This document shows positions 50,646-62,479 of a stretch of DNA of 64,000 nt, in pieces. Origin of the DNA: Octopus bimaculoides (Eukaryota). A program made the translations under genes and the position numbers. Location: contig NC_068981.1 of NCBI RefSeq assembly GCF_001194135.2, forward strand, positions 44,870,781-44,934,780, given 5' to 3'. The number at the start of each line of letters is the position of its first letter. The first letter of the stretch is position 1. The notes beneath the pieces are model-generated. The model worked only from the letters and a program-made list of their open reading frames with translations, was not told the origin of the DNA and did not search any database.

Positions 50646-50999
50646 TATCACAGATCAAGAGAGGAAGGATGACTTCTCTTTGCAAATACAGACAGGACAC
50701 AGATGTGTGTCAATAGCCAGCTGGAGGAGATGTCCTCCTGGGGCTAAAAGCAACAGTAACATCCACCCTTAGGGTTTAGCCGCATTTAAGTGGCAAATAT
50801 GCTTCACGTTATATATGTACATATATATANNNNNNNNNNNNNNNNNNNNNNNNNNNNNNNNNNNNNNNNNNNNNNNNNNNNNNNNNNNNNNNNNNNNNNN
50901 NNNNNNNNNNNNNNNNNNNNNNNNNNNNNNNNNNNNNNNNTATATATATACAGAGAGAGAGAGAGAGAGAGAGAGATTTATATGTATATATAAACTTAA

Positions 51000-51330
51000 A
51001 TAAGCTTAGATATGTTTCGACCGAGGATTGGTCCAGGCCATGTCTAACTTAATGGCACCACCTGATACGATTCTCTAAATCTTTTTAAAGTCAAGTTTTG
51101 TTTATGGTCCATTCATGTAGTGAGTTATTGTTGATTGAGTTGTATCCAGGTATGGGTGGCTTATCTGGTATTACTTTAAAGCTGAACATATCTTTTTTCC
51201 TCTTTTATCTGTTTTAGGACAATGGTAAACAGGACAAGGTCTGTCGAGGAAAAGAAATTATGCCGCAGTGTACTTATATTATGTGATCCTGATTTGGGCA
51301 AAGGACTTTTTTCCCTTTGCGAAATCAGAA
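51000..51330 (-). mobile_element. CR1/L2-group LINE 3' end
   Basis: Minus strand: HNISTLRHNFFSSTDLVLF..KQIKEE..FK..PDKPPIPGYNSINNNSLHEW, then a 3' UTR shared with 53722-54007. Confidence 0.6.
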
Positions 51331-51597
51331 TAGTGGCTGTTTTGTTTCCATGCTTAATAACTGCTATTTGTAACATACTAACCAACCACGTTGAGGACCG
51401 GCTACCTTTGAGTTTATTTAAAAGGGAGAGAGAAATGCTATACATAACAAATTCCAATATAATTGTAATCTACGCCACGTATATGTAGAATTTTTTTAAT
51501 AAATTGACCATGTTCCAGGAAGTTACCACACACATATATTACATATACGTACACACACATAAATATATACATAATATGTGTATGTATATATATGCAT

Positions 51598-51760
51598 TTC
51601 ATCATCATCATCATTTAATGTTCGTTTTCCATGCTGGCATTGGTTGATCAGTTTTACTGGGGCCAACAAACCAGGGGCTACGTCTGGCACCCTTATGGTT
51701 TGGCATGCTGTTTGTGGCTGGATGCTCTTCCTAACGCCAACACTTTACAGCGTGAACTCA
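51598..51760 (-). mobile_element. RTE-associated SINE/LINE 3' fragment with (ATG)n tail
   Basis: catcatcatcatttaatgttcgttttccatgctggcattggttg...gctggatgctcttcctaacgccaac, a tail type I recall from RTE-mobilised elements. Confidence 0.55.
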
Positions 51761-52856
51761 GTGTTTATGACTGAATTTTTATATTTTTATGATTTCTATA
51801 TTTCTATGATTGTCTAGACCTTGGTGCAGATTGACTGGAACCTGGGGCCCATCACAGTAATTCCTAACTGGGCCCAGCACCACATGAGGCCGGCTCTACA
51901 TACACACACATATATATGCTCACATATATAATTTCGCATTATTGTTCTTTTTTTCTATTTATCGTCAGTTACCATTGCGGCATAATTATTGAATGATTTT
52001 GTATGTATGTATGTGTGTGTATCTGTGCGCGTGCGTAATTGGCCGTATGTGCATGTATGTGTGTGTGTAAGACAAGAGAGATAGTGAAAGAAAGAGAGTG
52101 ATAGTGATAGCAAGTGAGAGAAGAGAAGTGAGAGGACAGAGAATGTGAAAGAGAGAGCAGCGAAATATCCTTCACACAGTATCCCATCTCTCCCTCCTAT
52201 CAGTTACCCTCCATCTACCACATCTCACAAATTGTTTGCTTCCTTCATTTTCCTTCATTTTACTCTTCATTGCCCAACCGGTCATTACAGTTTTATGAGA
52301 TGGAAAATAGTCAATACGAAACTTTAACCTAAACAAAAAATGCACCAAAGGGATAAAAACGAGGAAAATGGGCATCACTGAGGTTTGCAGTTGGATTATG
52401 AAAAGAAACTAATACGAATAAATTACTTAATATTGATCGTGAGGTAAAATTTGTACTGAAAATTAATATTTTCCTATGCAAATTCGTTTTTCTTCGTAAG
52501 TGTGCAACCGTATTAGTTTAAAATACATTATAGAAATTTAATAGTAGACACAAAATATATAAACGCAAACATCAAATTATTTACCTTTAGAAAAGCATGG
52601 TTTATTCCGTAGGAAAGAATAAAAGAGATCTATTAAATTATAAACTATAAAGTAAATATATTTAATTAGTTCAATATCCGTTCGCTTAATATAGACACAC
52701 ACGCGTGCGCGCGTATATATATGTAAATTTATAGATATGTATGTAAGGGTGTGTATATCTATTTATATGTTTATGTTTATATATCTATCTATCTATCCAT
52801 CTCTCTCTCTCTCTCTCGCACTACACACACACACACACACACGCACATATATATAC

Positions 52857-52901
<45 letters not shown>

Positions 52902-53451
52902 NNNNNNNNNNNNNNNNNTATATATATTGATAGATAGATATATGTAAATATATATGCACATATATATATTAGTATACACGCACAAACATGCATAAATGGC
53001 GTATTAAGTTAGAAAGAATGGCGTTATTTAAATAATCGCATTGCTGTTTATTTCTTATTTCTAGTTCTTTATTTAAATGAATTTAATAAATTAATACAAA
53101 TTATTTCTTAATTTGCTACACAATAATACATCGTATATACGTTTCCCTTAAATATAAAAAAAATTATATATAATTGTTTGTGTATTCAACAGGCCCGATA
53201 CTGCATTTGAATACAAACACAATGACAAATCTATGAATTTATGTATGTATGTATGTATGTATGTATGTATGCAGGTATGTATGTATGTATGCATATATCA
53301 ATTTATCTATGTATGTATGTATATATGTATGTATGTATATATGTATGTACGTATGTATGTATCTATTTACCTGTTCATCTGTCTGTCTATCTTTTGATAT
53401 ACAAACATTTGTATGCATACAATTCTTCCTATATTATTTCAGATGGCTGAT

Positions 53452-53612
53452 GACGTAAGGCTGTTGTAAGAAGCTCACTTCCAAATCACTTCGTTTAGGA
53501 TTCGCTCTGACTGCATTGCACCTTGGGCAAATGTCTTCTACTATAGTGCCTGGCCGACCAAATCCTTGTGAGTGGATTTGATAGACGAAAACTGAAAGAA
53601 GCCTGTAGTATA
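53452..53612 (+). mobile_element. SINE family B head and CORE-like region followed by (CA)n
   Basis: gcaccttgggcaaatgtcttctactatag..ccgaccaaatccttgtgagtggatttgatagacgaaaactgaaagaagcc. Confidence 0.8.
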
Positions 53613-53721
53613 CACAGACACACACACACACACACAAACACACACATATACACACACATACGCACACACACACACACGCACACACATATATATATAACTT
53701 TCATATCTTTGTTATGTTTTG

Positions 53722-54007
53722 ACCAGTATAGGCCCGGGCTATGTCCAACTTAATAACGCGACCTGGTGAAGTCTTTTTAGTTATGTATGGGGCACTATTA
53801 TTATTGCAGACATATCCAGTTGTAGGAAGTTGGCCCGTCATTTTTTGACGAAATTTGTCTACTGAACTTTTGAATCTAATGGGATCCGTTTCATTTCAAC
53901 GTATTTTGGTATGGTATTAAAGAGAGCTGGACCGGTTGAGGTACATAAGTTATGATGTAATGTTGTTATGTGACCTGAATTCAACTTTTGTCGTGGGCAG
54001 ATAGCAC
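53722..54007 (-). mobile_element. CR1/L2-group LINE 3' end (second copy)
   Basis: Minus strand: SGHITTLHHNLCTSTGPALFNTIPKYVE / TDPIRFKSSVDKF..TGYVCNNNS, then ttaagttggacatagccc as in the 51.0 kb copy. Confidence 0.65.
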
Positions 54008-54055
54008 NNNNNNNNNNNNNNNNNNNNNNNNNNNNNNNNNNNNNNNNNNNNNNNN

Positions 54056-54105
<50 letters not shown>

Positions 54106-54814
54106 GAGAGAGATAGATGATAGATAGAGAGATAGATAAACATTTATGTAGATAGACAGATATACAGAAAAAGATTTAGTTACAGAGAGAGATAGTAAAA
54201 TAAATCCTTAGAAGAAAGGGAACAGAGATTCTCAGAAGAATGTTTCTTTGAGGAACGTGAAGAGTGAAAGCAATATTATTGATTTAAAACAAACGAATAC
54301 ATTTTCATGTTATTGTATCCCAGGTAAAATTATTCAAGTATCCGATAGCAATAAAGAGATGGATAGATGTAGATTTAGTTACACAGAGAAATAGAAAGAT
54401 GCATACTAACTGAAATCCTTAGAACAATGTTTCTATGATGAACGTGAAGATATGACGTTCATGTAATCTCGCCAGGAACCAAAGAAAAAAGATCAATGCG
54501 AATGAAATGAAATAGAATCGCTTAAAATGTACATATCCAACAACGGTATATTGTATACATACATGTGTATGAGGAACCCAAAAAACAATGCGACTGAAAT
54601 GCAATAGAAGCGGTTAAGATGCAAATAATCATCAACAGCGTTATACATACATGTATGCGTGTAGCTAGCCACAGCTGTTACGTCAGACTTACACGTGTGT
54701 ATCTAGATAGCTGCAGTTGCTGCGTCAGTACCGGAAGTTGATATTGTAAAACCTGAAAAGCGAATATACACACACACACAGGTCTATTTTATATATTAAA
54801 TGCGTGTGTGTGTA

Positions 54815-54890
<76 letters not shown>

Positions 54891-55100
54891 CATTTCTGTG
54901 TTTGTCCCCCCGATTATCACTTGACAACTAGTGTTGGTATTTTTTCGACCCCGTAACTTAGAGATTCGGCAAAAACGCCGATATGATGTGTAATAAGCTA
55001 CAAAAATAAGTCCTGGAGTCGATTTGTTAGTCTAAGACCAATCAAAACGCAGGATCGCTGCCCTCAAATGACTGACACAAATAAAAGAGTAAAAGAGTAA
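54891..55100 (+). mobile_element. SINE family B 3' tail following (TG)n (54805-54889)
   Basis: tctgtgtttgtccccccg..cttgacaac..ccccgtaactta..ttcggcaaaa..aataagtcctggagtcgatttg..caaatgactgacacaaataaaagagtaaaagag. Confidence 0.8.
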
Positions 55101-57319
55101 AATTTGCGGGCATATTGACTTACTGCCTGAACTCCAACTTGAACTGCAATTTAAACAATTATGGGTGCTATTGCTCTCATTCGCTGTAGACAGTAAAACT
55201 ATTCGACAAGTACATATATGAGAGAGAAACGGTGTAAAAAAGAAAATAACTGGCATTAGGTCATAATATGACATTTATATATTTAAACATTGACATGGGT
55301 AGAATAGAATGTTACAGAAGTTTAGATCATATGACATCGGTAAAAAGATCAAATGCAGAATGTTCAAAATGGTTTTAATGCTAGTACTCTCAAGGGAACG
55401 GTTATACGGTAAGACCGAATGGTTGATATTATGTAAGGCTGGTAATTTTAAGCAAAATCCAGAGCTTGATGAAAAGAAAGGGGGAAAGGAAGAAGCAAGA
55501 TGTGTTATGCAGATCGACTTTCGCAGCTGTTTCACGAATAGATGTGTAGATGATGCATTTCCCTGCAAACTATTAGTCGCCAGCATTATATTTGCGATAT
55601 TTTCCCTTATCTAAGGAATAATGCGATAAAACTTCAGTAAGAAGTAATCACTTATTTGTAATGGAAGGTGTACAAAGGTGAGCTTATAAGAACAAAGGCA
55701 GTGTATATAACATCATAATAAGAGGAAACAGATGAAAACTAAAAAAAAATTCCCAAGGAGTGGATGTATAAATTTCAAGAGTTAGAGTAAGATATAAAGA
55801 AGGGATTGGGCAGTGATATTAAAGCTAAGGAAGGAATATATTAGATGCATTAGTGTGAAAAATATCCTGTGGAATATCAACAGCATATGGGTACAGTAAA
55901 TTAGAATTATCGAAGATGGGCATTATGTGAAGTTGCGGTCTAAAGCTTCAAAGTAGGTTGATGTGGAAGATTAAATATACCTACTAGCCTCTAGCTATGA
56001 GGCATATTGATCAATGTACCGTGCTGGAAGGGAAAGCTTAAGCTAAGTAGAGAAGGAGGCAAGAGGAATTAGACTTTATATAAGTATGTTTATAAATAAG
56101 CTGCTAACTGGTGCAGTCTGAACAGACAAAATACAGCAATAAATTTAATTATAATAGTAGCAGTAAAAGCATTACAATGATAAGGAGAATATTCTACCAG
56201 AGGGGCCAGTACATATTTCGCAATTATGTACGTCGTTTTATAGCAGAAAATATTTTAATTAGGATCCGCTTTTCACGTGCAAGGCGATGTAGTTAGAAAG
56301 TCAATTGTTTCTACCGTACGCGGAGAAATATAATATATTTGTATATTCGACCGAGACTTTTAAAACATTCTACATGAGCAGTGACAGTGTAAAATGCATA
56401 CCCATATTGCATTAAGTTCTCCGTAATCTAATTTTAGTAATTAAAATTTTGATATAAAAGAAATTCAGATTTGATTGATAAAGAGATTTTACATCAGAAT
56501 CATTTTTTATTGAGATTGTAATGGGTACGACGTTACAGTTATTCTTTTACCTTTTTACCTTTATTCAGTAGCATGTAGCATTCTGTAATGCCTGGCATTT
56601 AATAAATAGTGAATTTTCAGTGAAACTAGAACATAGTCTTAGAAGCAGCGTTACTGTTATGCTGATTTCTAGATTGTTTCTGAATTAATTTATGGCAGGA
56701 AAACGTAGATTGTGATGATCGACTTATAATGATTGCAGTGAGAACGAAAGATGTCTTATGGGTATCACTGTCAATGATGCAACACATCAATAAAGCACTA
56801 TATATTATATACCAACATGTAGAGAATGTGCGTACATTTTCAATTTACATTTGACGTGTGATATATTGCGGCAACATTATCTGCTGCTGCTTCTTGAACA
56901 TATTCGTTCACGCATATCGAATTTTAATCATTAACTCGGAGATAACAACTACATATATTGGAATATTACAATGGTTTGAAATGTTAATTGCAACACTTCA
57001 GTTACCAAAGTACTTTTGGAATGTTTCGAATTGTAAGTCAACTGATCTCTATATGATATCTCAAAAAATTAATGCCAGTATCATCATAACACAGATTCCG
57101 CTAAGATTTGGCGACTTCGAAGAAATGTCTTATTGTGGGCGAAAAAACATTGTCAAAGATAATGTAAACTATCGTAATGGAAAGAGAGGAAAGAATGGTA
57201 GTTATACAATTACCACTCCTTCCACTTTCCATCACCTTCCACTCCACTCTACAAAATATACACGGAAATACCCACAACCCAATCAACCCACGCACTGATC
57301 ACAAATGATAAACAACCAT

Positions 57320-58185
57320 CTCTTGCTAGAATTTTAGTTTGTGTAATACTTAGAATTTTCTTTGATAAGTTGATTGTTTTGGGTTGTGATTGTATATTTT
57401 GTTCCATTTCACATCTCTCTTTCCGATGCATTTTCAATGTTGAACTGTGTTTCGTAGTTTATAAAGAAATTTGCTTGTCTTTCCCAGCGTTGTAGGGAAT
57501 TGGTTTCTTCAGTTTCACAAGTTTTTTTTTTTTTTTTCCACAGTTTAAAAACACTTCCCAAGCGTTGACCATCTGAATGTTTCTTTAATTCTTTGAAGAT
57601 TTCCTCATCTATGTTTTTAAATTTTTGTTCATTGCTTAGCGCTCTAAGCTTAAGGAGTTCTATTTCTGTCTTCATTTTTTCCAGTGTTAGTTTCTCCCTT
57701 AATTGTCCTTGTTGGTCCTGCTCGTTTGAAATACGTTTAATTTGGAATTTACGAGGCAAAATTATTGGTGATGAATTGAACCAGCATTCATAAAATTCTG
57801 CCTTGAGGTTGTTTTTAATCATATTCCAGAAACGAAATTTTGTGGCTTAAGTTTTTCATTACATATGTGGATAATGCGGATTTTAATTGATTGTGTAAGC
57901 GTGATGGCGTTTCTATCTTGTGTATCATCTGTAGGTGAATTTTCATTTAAATAATTATTATGAGGTAAAGAATGAAGAGTGGTGCATAATTCAGACAAAT
58001 ATTGATTTAGCTCTTCCAGTGATTGTCCTTTCTCTTTTTTTTTGCCTCTTGTATAAAACAAGTGAATCCATCGATCTTGCTAACTAAGAGTCTCAAATTC
58101 GTGTAGATATCTTTCAGTTCCTTAAGGGTATCTTCGTTCAGAGTTTTAAGTGCAGTGTTGGTATTTGTGGCATTTTAAATGTCAC
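57320..58185 (-). mobile_element. Penelope-like element 5' ORF fragment (N-terminal domain, ending before the RT)
   Basis: Frameshifted minus-strand peptide ..KFRFWNMIKNNLKAEFYECWFNSSPIILPRKF..EIELLKLR..IDEEI..LW..EETNSLQRW.. ending in KTINLSKKILSITQTKILAR, which matches the NLS...L...E..LL.KG motif that precedes PLE RTs. Confidence 0.6.
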
Positions 58186-58411
58186 GTGTAGAGAAATACA
58201 ATAGAAATATGTTACATAAAGTAAATAGAAACTATACGTGGAAATGTAAGGGGAAAGTAAGAAGACAAAGAACGTGGGATGTCCGTTGGAAATCAAAAAG
58301 AGTAAAGGCTTTTTATGAGAAGTAACGATAGATATATATATATATAATTAGATGAACTGAGGTTGGAATAAAAGTAATAAACGTCATTATTGTGAATTAT
58401 TGAAGAGATTA

Positions 58412-58451
58412 AAAGGCATACCTGTTTCGTAAAATTACTGTTCACTGCTTT
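58412..58451 (-). ncRNA. Type I hammerhead ribozyme variant with G3-C8 core swap
   Basis: Minus strand: AAAGCA GUGAACA GUAA-uu-UUAC GAAA C-AG-G UA UGCCUUU. Stem I has 6 bp with one bulge, G10.1-C11.1 is intact, the triplet is GUA, and the core reads GUGAACA instead of CUGANGA. Confidence 0.55.
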
Positions 58452-59162
58452 GAAGACACATCAATTACCGAACGTTGTCGGCTCTACTAGTCCCTGAGTA
58501 AAAAAATGTGTAAGGGAGGTAAGTGGTTCTTATTTAGTGCAATTAGGTTATATATATATATCTGTAATGTAAAGGATATATCGGTGTTAGTAGTGTTNNN
58601 NNNNNNNNNNNNNNNNNNNNNNNNNNNNNNNNNNNNNNNNNNNNNNNNNNNNNNNNNNNNNNNNNNNNNNNNNNNNNNNNNNNNNNNNNNNNNNNNNNNN
58701 NNNNNNNNNNNNNNNNNNNNNNNNNNNNNNNNNNNNNNNNNNNNNNNNNNNNNNNNNNNNNNNNNNNNNNNNNNNNNNNNNNNNNNNNNNNNNNNNNNNN
58801 NNNNNNNNNNNNNNNNNNNNNNNNNNNNNNNNNNNNNNNNNNNNNNNNNNNNNNNNNNNNNNNNNNNNNNNNNNNNNNNNNNNNNNNNNNNNNNNNNNNN
58901 NNNNNNNNNNNNNNNNNNNNNNNNNNNNNNNNNNNNNNNNNNNNNNNNNNNNNNNNNNNNNNNNNNNNNNNNNNNNNNNNNNNNNNNNNNNNNNNNNNNN
59001 NNNNNNNNNNNNNNNNNNNNNNNNNNNNNNNNNNNNNNNNNNNNNNNNNNNNNNNNNNNNNNNNNNNNNNNNNNNNNNNNNNNNNNNNNNNNNNNNNNNN
59101 NNNNNNNNNNNNNNNNNNNNNNNNNNNNNNNNNNNNNNNNNNNNNNNNNNNNNNNNNNNNNN

Positions 59163-59204
<42 letters not shown>

Positions 59205-59366
59205 GTATATATATATATAAATATAAGTATATATTTATAGTAACAGAGTATTAGACATTGCTTATTGAAATTTTAGCATCGCTGATGTCATAACGAAAAC
59301 ATTTTTCAACAGACAACATTAATTGAGATTCATTATTTTCTTATTGTCTTATTTCTTATTATCCCG

Positions 59367-60007
59367 ATGGTCAGTCGCTTGACTGCTCAGGAGCGAGCTA
59401 AGATAGCATCACCGTATGGAGTGTAGTATTTCATTGTTTTGGTACACAGATGGTGGCGTGCGTAGAAAGAGAAGCATGCAACACTAGGTCCGGAGACAAT
59501 AAACATGTTTCATGCAAAGTTGATGATCACTGATTCTGTGAACGATGCAAGAAGAAGTGGTCGTCCAACCACATACCGATCAGCGGAGCACGTAGCACCA
59601 GGACAGGAAATGTTTAATCACAACTCACAAAAATCAACACCTGAAGCAGCTCATGAAAGAGGACTAACAAGATACACAATACGTACGGTGTTGCATAAAT
59701 AATTGAATTTTGGTGCATGGAATACCCATTACCTGCAGGAGCTAAAGATGAAGACTGTGACTGCAGAAGTCCAGAAATCCAAAACTCCAACATTTCCAGA
59801 TCTCACTCCGTGTGATTTTAACATGTGGGGGGGGGGCACAAAAGAGGTGGTAAACAAGACAAAACCTCACATATTGGAGGACATGGAAACACGGTTCAGG
59901 AGGTTCTCAATGATATCCCAGATGCTGTCATTCAGAATGTTGTTAATTCCATCACTGGTCGTTTGAGAAAACAGGTTCACGCCACCGTTGTTTACTTTGG
60001 AATATGA
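59367..60007 (+). mobile_element. Internally deleted Tc1/mariner-superfamily transposase (DDxD type, PDLTPCDF..WG)
   Basis: N-terminus MVSRLTAQERAKI..SVNDARRSGRP..KSTPEAAHERGL..TIRTVLHK.LNF..YLQEL is joined to the C-terminus PDLTPCDFNMWG..KEVV.KTKP..LEDM..VQEVLNDIPDAVIQNVVNSITGRLRK. The central catalytic part is missing and TIRs are not clearly identified. Confidence 0.8.
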
Positions 60008-62479
60008 AAATTTGCTTTTAATCTCCTATGTAATGTAGAACAGGCATCATTTGTTTTAATAAATTTGTAAAAACAATATGGATTTCATAACCAAAATTTA
60101 ATGCCTACTTACTTTTCAGCTTTTCTCTTTGCAAAGAAGATATTCCTCCTAGCGTTCACAATTTTCATCTCGTTCTGGTCTAACGACCCTCGATGTTTCT
60201 TTTTGTTCGGTTTCCTTGTATGTCTCCACAGTCCTGTTTTTGTTCCCAGCTTTGACACTCTACACATTCTAAATTTTATTTTAGAATTTAAGGGAGCAAT
60301 TGTTTTGAAGTCTCTTATAGTCGTTGAATACTCGAAATGATGAGCAGATAGATAACCGACAACTGATAAATGGTCTTTTCTCTGGGTCTACTTCTCCTGT
60401 TATCCATTTTATATCTCGTTGTTTATGTATTTCATGTTGCTTGAACAGTTGTATTTAATATGAAATTGGAAACAATAAAAAAGCACGTTTCGAAAGACAA
60501 ATACGTAAGAAAAAATATAATCATCGTAATTATACTTAAATTTATGCATTGTAATTTTCATGAGTGTGTGCAATCTTTAGAAAAACATCAAAAAAAGTTT
60601 TAATAAAATAAAATAAAATAAAATAAGGGGGTATACAGATGAGACAATAGTGAAAAATCGGATATTTACAGACAAGTTGTAAAAGGCGAAAATATTAATA
60701 ATAATAATAATGAGAGAGACGAAAAAAAAAACATTAATATGTATGCAAGTCTATATGTCCAATAAACTATAACATAAAAATGAAAATATATATATACACA
60801 TATATATATAATTTATTATATATATATANNNNNNNNNNNNNNNNNNNNNNNNNNNNNNNNNNNNNNNNNNNNNNNNNNNNNNNNNNNNNNNNNNNNNNNN
60901 NNNNNNNNNNNNNNNNNNNNNNNNNNNNNNNNNNNNNNNNNNNNNNNNNNNNNNNNNNNNNNNNNNNNNNNNNNNNNNNNNNNNNNNNNNNNNNNNNNNN
61001 NNNNNNNNNNNNNNNNNNNNNNNNNNNNNNNNNNNNNNNNNNNNNNNNNNNNNNNNNNNNNNNNNNNNNNNNNNNNNNNNNNNNNNNNNNNNNNNNNNNN
61101 NNNNNNNNNNNNNNNNNNNNNNNNNNNNNNNNNNNNNNNNNNNNNNNNNNNNNNNNNNNNNNNNNNNNNNNNNNNNNNNNNNNNNNNNNNNNNNNNNNNN
61201 NNNNNNNNNNNNNNNNNNNNNNNNNNNNNNNNNNNNNNNNNNNNNNNNNNNNNNNNNNNNNNNNNNNNNNNNNNNNNNNNNNNNNNNNNNNNNNNNNNNN
61301 NNNNNNNNNNNNNNNNNNNNNNNNNNNNNNNNNNNNNNNNNNNNNNNNNNNNNNNNNNNNNNNNNNNNNNNNNNNNNNNNNNNNNNNNNNNNNNNNNNNN
61401 NNNNNNNNNNNNNNNNNNNNNNNNNNNNNNNNNNNNNNNNNNNNNNNNNNNNNNNNNNNNNNNNNNNNNNNNNNNNNNNNNNNNNNNNNNNNNNNNNNNN
61501 NNNNNNNNNNNNNNNNNNNNNNNNNNNNNNNNNNNNNNNNNNNNNNNNNNNNNNNNNNNNNNNNNNNNNNNNNNNNNNNNNNNNNNNNNNNNNNNNNNNN
61601 NNNNNNNNNNNNNNNNNNNNNNNNNNNNNNNNNNNNNNNNNNNNNNNNNNNNNNNNNNNNNNNNNNNNNNNNNNNNNNNNNNNNNNNNNNNNNNNNNNNN
61701 NNNNNNNNNNNNNNNNNNNNNNNNNNNNNNNNNNNNNNNNNNNNNNNNNNNNNNNNNNNNNNNNNNNNNTATATATATATATATATATATATATTTGTCT
61801 GTGCGGGTGTGTCTATGTTCTTATGCTTATATGTACGCATCTATGTATGCATACATATATTTGTCTATTGTGAGCAAGCAAAGTAATAAACATAACTTTG
61901 TTTTATTTCTGACCATCATTTCAATGATCAGTCGTACCCTTACATCACTCAACATGATTGTTTACATACATAGAAATTATTAAATGTGTACGATATTAAT
62001 TAAATGTTCTACTCAATATCACTTCATACCTATTGAAATGTTATCTCCAAAACTGTTGCTTTGTAAGGCGGAAGTTTATCTATTATTTATAATGAAAGAG
62101 GGATTTTATAGAAGTAAAAAAAAAAATACACACTAGAAAGAGACAACTTACACACTGGAAGCTAACTTCGATTTCAGATCTAAGCTGTATGGATTTGTAG
62201 AAGCGTAGGAACATCAGCCATATTAACTAGGAATACCGAATTGCTTTTCATTTGCCTAAGTAATGCAACTTAAATCTGAAAGGTCATTAACCCAATTTTG
62301 AAAGTACTATATTTGTGTGATAAATTTCACCATCAAATTCAGATATTGGAGAAATGAATAAAAGTATATCCAACAATGTTCCTTATCACCAGTAGATATA
62401 ATATCGCCAGCTAGAAAAAAAAAACAAAACATTATTCAATTCGAAGATCACTGATGTCGTGAACATGCTCATATATATA

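Noticed and set aside
51014-51040. GACC..GGTC-GAAAC hairpin on the minus strand, resembling half a hammerhead
   Set aside because: No CUGANGA-like core and no valid stem III; it belongs to the LINE 3' UTR.
51835-51897. GC-rich patch with GGGCCC motifs, Harbinger-MITE-like end
   Set aside because: No matching second terminus or TSD found.
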